A DNA stretch of 64,000 bases, taken from NCBI RefSeq assembly GCF_000372725.1, contig NW_005202427.1:1028459-1092458 (forward strand), written 5' to 3'. How positions within the stretch are numbered: the first letter of the stretch is position 1; each line of letters starts with the position of its first letter. The position numbers and the translations under genes were made by a program. The notes under the pieces are model-generated. The model saw nothing but the letters and a program-made list of their open reading frames with translations, searched no databases and had not been told where the DNA came from. The stretch is from Emiliania huxleyi CCMP1516 (lineage: Eukaryota). Shown here piece by piece: positions 23,572 through 32,674 of the stretch.

Positions 23572-26235
23572 TCATGGCGGCGCGAAGCCGAACTTGACAA
23601 ACCTGCCCGCGTGCCCGGGCTTCATCCCCGTCTCCTTGGCCACGTCCGCCCGCTCGGCGGCGTCCAGTCCGCGCAAGAACGAGATGTCGTCGTAGCCCTC
23701 GGCGTCAAAGGCGGCGGCGTAGGCCTGCAGGTTGATCTGCGCCAGCGCCGTGGCGACGGCCGCCATGCCGCCCGTGGGGGGAGGGGGCGTCTCCCTCAGC
23801 ACGGTGCGCCCGTCCGGCGTGGTCGTGAACAGGCGGCTCGAGAGCGGGGAGGGGCCGGCAGGGGCGGCGGTGGAGGTGGAGGCGGAGGCGGTGGAGGTGG
23901 AGGTGGAGGCGGCGGCGCGGGCGGCGGTGGCGGGCGCGGCCAGTGCGGTGGGTGCGGTGGGTGCGGTGGCGGTGGTGGCGGCGGAGGAGGAAGAGGAGGA
24001 GGCGGCGGCAAGGGTGGAGGAGGAGGCAGCCGAGGGTGCGGCGGCGGCGGCGCGGCTTGAGCGCCGCTTCGGCAGCGGCGCGTCGGTCGGCTCGAGTGGG
24101 CGCTTTGCTGGGCGGGGCCGGGCGCCGCTGCCACGGCCGGAGGAGGAGGAGAAAGGCAGCGGAGCCGGGCGAGGAAGCGCAGCCTCTGCCTGGCGCTCCG
24201 GCGCCTCGCCGACCGCCCTCGCGTACGCCACTGCCGCCTCCACCGCCGTGTCGAAGGAGCCCAAGTAGACCACCCTCCCGCCCACGCTGTGCCGCGCCTG
24301 GAAGCGGGCGTTGTCTTTGTACACGCCCTTGTAGCCGCTCGGGTTGCTGCTGGAGAGGTGCAAGCGCAAGCCCTCCGCCACCGCCGCCACTGCCGGAGGC
24401 TGGTACTCGCCGACCGCGCGCGCGTACGCCACCGCCGCCTCCACCGCCATGTCAAAGAGGCCGAGCGAGACCTCCCTCCTGCCCACCCGGTGCCTCGCAT
24501 GGAAGCGGCCGGATGGGTGCTTGTGCACGCCCTTGTAGCTGGTCACGTTGCTGCTGGAGAAATGCAGACGCAGCCCCTCCGCCACCTCCGCCACGGGCGC
24601 CGCCGCTGCCGCCGCCGCCGCCGCCGCTCCCTCCTCCAGCGGCGCCGGCTCTTCTGCCGCCGCCGCCGCCGCCGCGCCCGCCTCCTCCTCCACCGGCGGC
24701 TCGAAAGCGGCTGCGCCTTCTGCCGCCTCACCCAGCGGTGCCGCCGACGCCTGCCCTGCTGCTGCTGCCACCGCCGCGCCCGCTTCCGGCGCCTCCCCGA
24801 CCGCCCGCGCGTACGCCACCGCCGCCTCCACCGCGGTGTCAAAGAGGCCGACGTGGACCCTCCTTCCGTCTCTCCCTCGGTGCGATGCCTGGAAGCGGCC
24901 ACCGTGATGCTTAGTCACGCACTTGTAGCCGGTGATGCCGCTCGAGAGGTGCAAGCGCAGCCCCTCCGCCTCTGTCGCCACCACCGGAGGAGGCTGCGCC
25001 GGAGGCTGGTACTCGCCGGCCGCCCGCGCGTACGCCACCGCCGCCTCCACCGCTGTATCGAAGGAGCCGATGGAGACCCTCCTTCCGCCCACACAGTGCT
25101 GCGCGTCGAAGACGTCGCGGCCCTTTCGCGAGTCCTTGTGCACCCCCTTGTAGCCACTGCTGCTGCTGCTAGACAAATGCAGACGCAAGCCCTCCGCCTC
25201 CTCCGCCAGGGGCGCCTCCGCCGCCTCCGCCACGGGCGCCTCAGCTGTCGCCGCACCCGCCGCCGCCGCCGCTCCCTCCTTCAGCGGCGCCGTCTCTTCT
25301 GCTCCTGCCGCCGCCGCCGCCGCGCCCGCCGCCTCCGCCTCCACCGGCTCGGCAGCGGCTGCGCCTTCTGCCGCCTCACCCAGCGGTAGCGGTGCCGCTG
25401 ACGCCTGCCCTGCTGCTGCTGCGACCGCCGAGCCCGCTTCCGGCGCCTCGCCGACCGCGCGCGCGTACGCCACCGCCCCCTCCACCGCGGTGTCGAAGAG
25501 GCCGAAGTATGCTTTCCTTCCGTCCACCCTGTGCCACGCCTCGAAGCGGCCGGAGTTGTGCTTGACCACCCCCTTGTAGCCGGTGGCGTTGCTGCTCGAG
25601 AGGTGCAAGCGCAATCCCTCCGCCTCCGCCGCCACAGTCGGAGGAGCCGGAGGCTGGTACTCGCCGACTGCTCGCGCGTACGCCACCGCCGCCTCCATCG
25701 CCGTGTCGAAGTGGCCGAGCGACACCTCCCTTCCGCCCACCTTGTGCTTCGCCTGGAAGCGGCCAGAGTGGTGCTTGTGCACGCCCTTGTAGCTGGTCAC
25801 GTTGCTGCTGGAGAAATGCAGACGCAGCCCCTCCGCCTCCTCCGCCACGGGTGGCGCCGCTGCCGCCGCCGCCGCTCCCTCCTCCAGCGGCGCCGGCTCT
25901 TCTGCCCCTGCCGCCGCGGGCACAGGCGGCCCCTCGCTAGGCGCGGCGTCCGCGAGCTCTTTGAGGCGGAGCGAGCACTTCTGCTTCTCCTCGTTCCAGA
26001 CCAGCACCAGGCAGGAGGCCCCCGCCTTCATCTGTGCCTTGACGATGCAGCTCCCGCAGTCGCACGGCATTTGGAGCCGCAGCGTGTGCGGCTCCGCTTT
26101 GGGCTCGAGGGTGAGGCGGAGCTTTCGGAGGTGTGGCGCGTCTGCGCTCTCCCTGTCAAGCGCGCGGGCGAGCCGCCCGCTCTCCGCGAGGCTCTGCCAG
26201 GAGAGCGCCGCCGGCTGCGTCCTATCCGCCATCAT
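23572..26235 (-). CDS. Intronless multi-AP2-domain protein (6 AP2 modules) with C-terminal SAM-like domain; tandem paralog
   Basis: Six AP2 modules. About 105 N-terminal and about 170 C-terminal residues are nearly identical to 20217-23180. Confidence 0.85.
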   Translation of the reverse strand: MMADRTQPAALSWQSLAESGRLARALDRESADAPHLRKLRLTLEPKAEPHTLRLQMPCDCGSCIVKAQMKAGASCLVLVWNEEKQKCSLRLKELADAAPSEGPPVPAAAGAEEPAPLEEGAAAAAAAPPVAEEAEGLRLHFSSSNVTSYKGVHKHHSGRFQAKHKVGGREVSLGHFDTAMEAAVAYARAVGEYQPPAPPTVAAEAEGLRLHLSSSNATGYKGVVKHNSGRFEAWHRVDGRKAYFGLFDTAVEGAVAYARAVGEAPEAGSAVAAAAGQASAAPLPLGEAAEGAAAAEPVEAEAAGAAAAAAGAEETAPLKEGAAAAAGAATAEAPVAEAAEAPLAEEAEGLRLHLSSSSSSGYKGVHKDSRKGRDVFDAQHCVGGRRVSIGSFDTAVEAAVAYARAAGEYQPPAQPPPVVATEAEGLRLHLSSGITGYKCVTKHHGGRFQASHRGRDGRRVHVGLFDTAVEAAVAYARAVGEAPEAGAAVAAAAGQASAAPLGEAAEGAAAFEPPVEEEAGAAAAAAAEEPAPLEEGAAAAAAAAAAPVAEVAEGLRLHFSSSNVTSYKGVHKHPSGRFHARHRVGRREVSLGLFDMAVEAAVAYARAVGEYQPPAVAAVAEGLRLHLSSSNPSGYKGVYKDNARFQARHSVGGRVVYLGSFDTAVEAAVAYARAVGEAPERQAEAALPRPAPLPFSSSSGRGSGARPRPAKRPLEPTDAPLPKRRSSRAAAAAPSAASSSTLAAASSSSSSAATTATAPTAPTALAAPATAARAAASTSTSTASASTSTAAPAGPSPLSSRLFTTTPDGRTVLRETPPPPTGGMAAVATALAQINLQAYAAAFDAEGYDDISFLRGLDAAERADVAKETGMKPGHAGRFVKFGFAPP

Positions 26236-26413
26236 ATTCTGCAGTGCGAACCTTTCGCCCGCTCGCGGCGTTGTGTCCCCGGTTTTTCTTTTTTGCTCCT
26301 TCGACCTTCCGGCCTCCGGGCCGGTCTTTTCGGACACGAGTCGTCGGTCCAGTTGTACAACTTATCCAAAACACACCCCCTAGATCTTATTGGTGTCCTA
26401 GGAATATCCGCCA

Positions 26414-27930
26414 TCATATTGCAATATGTAGAGCAGCTAAAAAAGAAAAAAACGACCGGGCAGCAGCTGAACTGTGTGTGAACTCGACTCGAGCACTCTC
26501 CAGCCCCTGCGCCCACACCTCAACCTTCTTGGGCAGCAGCTGGTTCGACTCGTCCTCTCCGTGGCCTAGGCGGCCATATTCGCCCTTGCCCCAGGTAAAG
26601 ACGGCGCCGTCAGCGGTGAGGGCGAGGTTGAGGTCGCCTCCGGCCGACGTAGCGACGACGCGCTGACCAGCAAAGGCCTCGATCTTCTTTGGCTGCCACT
26701 GGGCCGCATAGTCGCCGTGGCCCAACTGGCCGCGCCCTCCAAAGCCCCAGCTCCAGATGGCGCCGTCAGCGGTGAGGGCGAGGCTGTGGTCGCCTCCCGC
26801 CGACGTAGCGACGACGCGCCGGCCAGCAAAGGCCTCGATCTTCTTGGGCTGCCACTGGGCCTGCCCGTCGCCGTGGCCCAAATGCCCGCTCCCTCCAAAG
26901 CCCCAGCTCCAGACGGCGCCGTCGGCGGCGACGGCGAGGCTGTGGCTGTATCCAGCCGACACAGCGACGACGCGCTGACCAGCCAACGCCTCGATCTTCT
27001 TGGGCAGCGGCTGCTTTTGCTGGTCGCCGTGGCCCAACCGGCCAAGGTCTCCGCGGCCCCAGCTCCAGACACTGCCGTCGGCGGAGATGGCCAGACTGTG
27101 GTCCTCTCCAGCCGACACAGCGAGAACGCGCTGGCCAGCCAACGCCTCGAGCTTCTTGGGCAGCAGCTGGTTCTGCCAGGGCAGCAGCAGGTTCTGCCGG
27201 TCGCCGTGGCCCAGCCGGCCTTCGTGACCATAGCCCCAGCTCCAGACGGTGCCATCGGCGGTGAGGGCGAGGTTGTGGTCGCGTCCCGTCGACACGGCGA
27301 CGACGCGCCACCCAGCAAAGGCCTCGATCTTCGTCGGCTGCCACTGCTCCTCCTCGTCGCCGTGGCCCAGCCGGCCTTTAACTCCACGGCCCCAGCTCCA
27401 GACAGCACCGCCGGCAGTGAGAGCGAGGCTGTGCGCGTCTCCAGCCGACACGCTCACAGCGCGCTCTCCCAGCGTCGAGGGAAGGCGGGTCGGCGTATTG
27501 AGCCGCGCCACGCCCTCGCCGTGACCGAGCAGCCCTGGAGAGAACGACGGTGCAGAACCGCACGACGAGAGCCGCCCCTCGCCGTCGACGAAGACGCTGT
27601 GCCGATCGTCTGCCGCCGCCCTTGCCGGCGGGTTGGACTCGCAAAGCAGCGCCGACAAGCACAGCCATCGCACGGCGCAGCTCTCGCCCTCTGGCTGCGC
27701 CGGCAGCTCGTAGCCGCGCTCTTGCGCCCGCAAGCGGATGCCCTCCTTCGCAAGCGAGGCGTGGAAGAGCAGCGAGACGGCCGCGACGCGAGCGATGTCG
27801 ACGGGGTCGCAGCGAGAGACGACGCGCACGAGGAGGTCGGTGGGGAGGTCGAGGAGGCGGGTGGGCGGCGGCGTGTCTGGCGAGGGAGCGGCGGTGGCGG
27901 CGGTGGCGAGGCGGCGCGGCGGGGTGCACG
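26414..27930 (-). CDS. F-box + RCC1-repeat protein (7 blades); native ATG appears lost, possible pseudogene
   Basis: LLDLPTDLLVRVVSRCD F-box motif and seven HSLALTADGAVWSWG..GRLGHGD-type repeats. Confidence 0.8.
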
Positions 27931-27944
27931 AGAAAAAGAAACGC

Positions 27945-28050
27945 CCCGCGCGATGCCGAGGTGGTCGCAGCGAGAGACGACGCGCACGAGGAGCTCCGTG
28001 GGGAGGTCTGAGACATCGTGTCCCATATACTCGTGCAACAACCCGGTCAC
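27945..28050 (-). pseudogene. Duplicated F-box 5' fragment (VSDLPTELLVRVVSRCDHLGIAR)
   Basis: Direct-repeat similarity to 27790-27855, in a different frame. Confidence 0.65.
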
Positions 28051-28363
28051 CTCGGACGGGGCGGACTTCGTTTTTCCCGTGCCCAGTGTTCTGTGTTGAG
28101 AGAGAGATTTTTAGCAATACCAAACAACTCTAACACTCACACGTAAGTTTTGTTCTGTGTTGTGCGAGGGAGTTTAGTTGTAAAATTCTTTTTTGAGCAA
28201 GCCTTCGAGTTAAATGAAACAAACGCAGAATTCTTTTAGCTCACACGACACAATGTGAACTTCAATGTGTTGTAGCTAAAGCTACTCTCTTAAAGGCAGG
28301 TCACAGCCGAACACCCTAAGCGGTCGAGATACAGAGATTGGTCAGAACTTCAGCGCAGAACCG

Positions 28364-30226
28364 TCATGTAGCGTTGCGGCTGCAATCGTGCGCACGGCCC
28401 GCCACGACGCACTCGCTAAACCCCCACAGCGCCGCCCCAAACGCCTCGTCGGTTGCCATTGGGTGGCGCGGCTCCCACGGCGTCGCGACCGGCACGAAAA
28501 GCCGCCCGTTCCCTCCCGGCGAGTCGGCCCGCCCCGCCAGCTCGGGCGCCACCGCCGGGAAGAGGACCGTGAGCGCCGCCTGCTCGGTCGAGTAGGCGAA
28601 GAGCCCGTTCCGCGCCTGCGCTAGCTGCCAGGCGATGCCACCTGTGGCGCGAGGCACTCCCGGGGACGGCTCAGACACTCGACTCAGGCACGCGCCCGCC
28701 GCCTCTTCGAAGTCGCCAGGCCGGCGGGGAGGCTGTCGAGCCGCGGAGCCATCTCTCGGCCATACCTTGGCCATCTCTCGGCCATCTCTCGGCCATCTCT
28801 CGGCCATCTCTCGGGCATCTCTCGGGCATCTCTCGGCCATCTCTCGGGCATCTCTCGGCCATCTCTCGGCCATCTCTCGGCCATCTCTCGGCGGGGAGGC
28901 TGCCGAGCCGCCGCCCAAGCATCGCCTCGAAGTTGCCGCGCCGGAGCATGTCGCTTGCCACGACGCCAGGGTGGACCTACATCTCGGGCGCATCTCGGGT
29001 GCATCTCGGGTACATCTCGCTCGCCGCGACCGCCCCGGGGTGGACCGCAGACGAGAGCAGCGCCCCGCCCTGCCGCCGCGCCAGCTCGGCCGCGAAGGCC
29101 AGGCTCGCGAGCTTGGCCATCCCGTACCTGTGGGGCATGTCAGGGAAGTGTCGTGGACATGTCCAGGACAGGCTCGCGAGCTTGGCCCTCCCCCGCACCG
29201 CGCGTAGCCGCCGAGCCGCGCGTCGTTGATCGACGCGAGGGAAAGCGGCACCTGCGCGACAAAGCCCCGGACGTGTCCCGGACGTGTCGCGTGCACGGGG
29301 GCCGTGGGGCAGGACTGGTCGCTGAACGAGGCGAGGCGTAGCGCACCCCTTCCGGCGGCGCGCCTCGGTGGGCCCCCGAAGTCAGGTGTACCACCCGCCC
29401 GCGGCCTACAGGACGGTTCCAGGAAAGGTCCGAGACGGGTCCTGGAAGAAGGGAGCTGTGCGCCACCCGCGGCCGCCTGACCGCCCGGCCGCCGTCCGCG
29501 TCAGCAGCGGCAGCAGGCGGGTGGTGAGTGCGAAGTGCCCGAGATAGTTCGCCTGTCGGCTGCCGTTGGGGATAGGACTAGGGACAGGCGCGGGTGGTTC
29601 TGCCCGTCTGTTTCGTTCGCCTGGAAGGTGGCCTCGACGCCGTCCTCTGTGAGGCGGAGCGGGAACTGCGCCGCCACGCCCGCGTTGTTGACGAGCAGGT
29701 CTAGCGAGGGAGCTCGAGCCGGCTCGTCCGCCGCGACCCGCCGCTGCAGCTCCGCCTCCAGCGCCGCAGCAAACGCGGCGACGCTCTGCAGGCTCTCGAG
29801 GTCGAGGGCGAGAGGGAGGGTGCTTGCCGGCGCGGAAGCGCGCCGCGCCGCCGCCTCGGCGATGAGGGACTGGGCGCGCTCGCACCGCGATAGGTTGCGG
29901 CACGCGAGCACGACGGTGGCGTTGGCCAGCGCCAGCTGCTTTGCAACCTCCAGCCCGAGGCCAGAGCTCGCGCCGGTGACGACGGCGGTTCTTCCGCTCA
30001 GGTCGGGCATCCGGTCGAGCGAGAAGCCGGCAGGCTGCAGCAGGGTGCCGAGGTTGATGCCGCGAGCTCGGCACCAGAAGAGGTCGCCGCGGTGGCAGAG
30101 CCTCGCCACGCCGAGCGAGGAAGCGAGCACGGCTATTAGAAAGGCGCGCCTCGTGCCGCCCGTTCGTGTCTCGTCTCTAGTGGCCAGATCCGGAGGCGGG
30201 TGGTTGCCCGACAAGATGGAGGACAT
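28364..30226 (-). CDS. Short-chain dehydrogenase/reductase (retinol dehydrogenase/WWOX-like), multi-exon
   Basis: TGASSGLG, LVNNAGV, NYLGHFALT, YGMAK (YxxxK) and VHPGAVA motifs. Confidence 0.88.
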
Positions 30227-30299
30227 GGCTAAGCTTCTGGTTAGTGGGCATGGGTTGCAGCAGGGCACAAAAATAGGGGTATCTAGATAAGAGGGCTCC

Positions 30300-31500
30300 C
30301 GCGGCGATCAACACCGCAACTCCTTTTCTAATACCACACCATTGACACAGCATCGCGCATGGCACCATCACGCCGTGCTCATTTGCGCGGCGATCGACGA
30401 GTTCGGGGTGCAGGTGGTAGAGCGTGCCGTCGTCCGACTCCCAGCAGCTGATGACGCGCGAGATGTCGGTGTCGCGGAATTCGTGCGTACCGTCGCCGTT
30501 GGGACGGTCGTTGCTCGCGCCGTTGGGAAACGCAAGGCGCACCTTTTTGTTTTGAAGACCTCGATACTTAGCGCACTGCTCGGGCGAGAGCTCAAACACG
30601 TGCCGCGTCTCGTCTTCGCCGCCGGCTACGCGCACAGACACAGTACGCGGCAGCGCCGACACGTCAACCCGCGTGTACGTCAGCGACGGGTCCCGCACGC
30701 CGCACGCGGCGCATGCGTGCAGCGGCAGCGCGTGCGCCATGCGCTCGTCGCTCCACTCGCCCAGCAGCCGCCGCTTCGTCTCGTCGGAGACGTGCACGCA
30801 GCGCTGCAGCAGCGCCGCCGTCTCGTCCTCGGGCCGCTCCAGGTCCATGACGACGTTCGTCGAGGCGTGGAAGCGCGTCTCCAGGTCGATGGCCGCCTGC
30901 TCGGCCGCGGCGAGCTTGCCCTGGTCGACGCACATGCCGCACACCGCGTGCGCCGGGCAGCCGCACTGGCCGCGTTGTGGGCGCACGGTCTTGGCGACCG
31001 CCGGCGCTGCGCGCCGGTCGTGCTGCTCACGCTGCCGGCGGCGCTGGTCGCGCGCCTGCCGATCGCGCGTGTTCGCGGCGGCTGCATCTCCTGCTCGTTT
31101 CGCTCGCACCCGAGCGGCTGTCGCCAGGCGCTTCAGGTCGGCGGTGCTGCGCGCGCGGCCGTCGGCCAGGCACAGCCACATGTCCTCCTCCTCGGCAGGC
31201 TCGCACGGCTTGCCGTCGAACTGCGGCTGGCGCCCGCGACGATGCTTCGCCCAGGCCGGGCACGATGGTGCCGCGACGAGCGGCGTCGAGGCGACGGCCA
31301 TCGATGGGTCCAGAAGACTTGGAGACCTTCTCGACCAAAAATCGAGCACAATTGCGTTACATGGGCAGTGCCGGGGTTTCTGCACCGAACGATCTTACTT
31401 TCGGTCTATCGAAAGTGTTGATCTATAAACACAGGTTTCGGACTCCTTGCCGCGTAGGGAGTTGCTTGGTTTACTTAGGTCGGCTAAGTGATCCTATCCT
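30300..31500 (-). mobile_element. Truncated Helitron-like RepHel N-terminal fragment
   Basis: Intronless ORF with CGCPAHAVCGMC, CAACGVRD, LYHLHPELV and LCQWC, resembling the Cys-rich region that precedes DUF6570/Rep in Helitron proteins. It breaks off before any Rep or helicase motif. Confidence 0.5.
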
Positions 31501-31680
31501 GCGGCACCTCGAACACTCACTTGGAACCCTAGCCCGCCACTAACACGGAGAATTCACAGATACTAACCAACGACCCATTTCGTGTACCAACCAGTCGTGT
31601 CGCGTGTGTATCGCCAGCAGAGAGGGGTTCACCATGGCCGCGCATGCTTTGTCGCGTGGCTCGTGGCGCGTGCGCGCTTA

Positions 31681-32237
31681 TCAGAGGTAGATTGTGTCAC
31701 CGTCCGGTCCCCGCGTGGAGGTCGTCGAGTTGACGGAGGCGCCTGCCGTGCGCGGCGACGAGATGGCCGAGGCGACGGCCGAGACCTTGCGCACGCTCAC
31801 CCGGCCTCCGTCGCGGGTCGCGCAGCCCGCGAGGATGATCTTTTTGTACTCCTGCGGCGGAGCGCGGCGGAATGGCAAATCTCACGTGCGAGCCTTGGGC
31901 AGCGGTGGCGGGCGGACACGCACCTCGAATGTGACAACACCATCGTCCGACATGTCCGCCCAGCCGATCATCTCGTCCACACGGTCGTCGATGTCCGCCT
32001 CTATCGTGACCGTCTTGCTCGCGGCGCAGAGGAGCGCCTGCTTCAGCTCCTGCGCATCGAGATGGCCGTTGCCATCTAGGTCGAGCTTTTTGAATGCGTC
32101 TTGGAGTGCCGCGTCGCTGCCGAGGGGCCGCTCAGGAACGAGCGAGTGCCACGCCTGTTTATGGGCGCGCATACAGTTCGTCTCGACATCACAGGCGACG
32201 AGACAGTGAGCGGCACGCCTCGCTGGCGGTCAGCATG
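31681..32237 (-). CDS. Small EF-hand (calmodulin-like) protein with introns
   Basis: AFKKLDLDGNGHLDAQEL and ADMSDDGVVTFE|EYKKII. Confidence 0.8.
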
Positions 32238-32515
32238 TCCTCGATGCGGTTGTGTCCACGGTACGTGCGCATGCCCAGGAGGGGGTACGTGCGCATGTCC
32301 AGGAGGGGGCGGCGCGAGGCCAGCGTCAGAACGAGCGGGCGGCGGAGCACGAGCGGGCGGCGGAGCACGAGCGGGCGGCCGAGCATGAGTCCTGAGTGGA
32401 TTGCTCTTGCACGATGATTGCTTCGTCACGGCCGATTCTCTTTTTCTACTAATCTCTTTCGGAGGAAGAGGCAGTTTCCCCGCTGTGCACCCCGCCTGAT
32501 TTTCTTTTCCTCGCG

Positions 32516-32674
32516 ATGTCCACCCCGCCGCGCCGCCGCTCGCGCCGCATCGCCTCCTCCTCGACCGCCGCTCCATCGCCGGACGCGCCGCCGCCCGTCC
32601 GCCTCCTCGACCTCCCCAGGGAGCTCCTCGAGCGCGTTAGCCATGCCTCTGCAGCAGCCCGCTCTCCTCGCTGA
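32516..32674 (+). pseudogene. Orphan 5' fragment of an F-box gene (MSTPPRRR..RLLDLPRELLERV) abutting the next gene's ATG
   Basis: Nucleotide similarity to the reverse complement of 27825-27940. Confidence 0.7.

Noticed and set aside
22143..25389. Long plus-strand ORFs antisense to the AP2 genes, and similar shadow ORFs throughout
   Set aside because: Artefacts of high GC and codon bias; Arg/Pro-rich translations with no recognisable motifs.
20850..25830. Diversity-generating retroelement acting on AP2 repeats
   Set aside because: No reverse transcriptase or template repeat seen. Differences include indels and do not appear adenine-restricted by eye.
19829..26397. Classical LTR retrotransposon or TRIM
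   Set aside because: The repeats lack TG..CA termini, and no PBS/PPT or gag/pol sequence is seen.
28750..29010. CRISPR-like array
   Set aside because: Pure 11-bp tandem minisatellite in eukaryotic introns with no unique spacers. No cas genes occur in the window.
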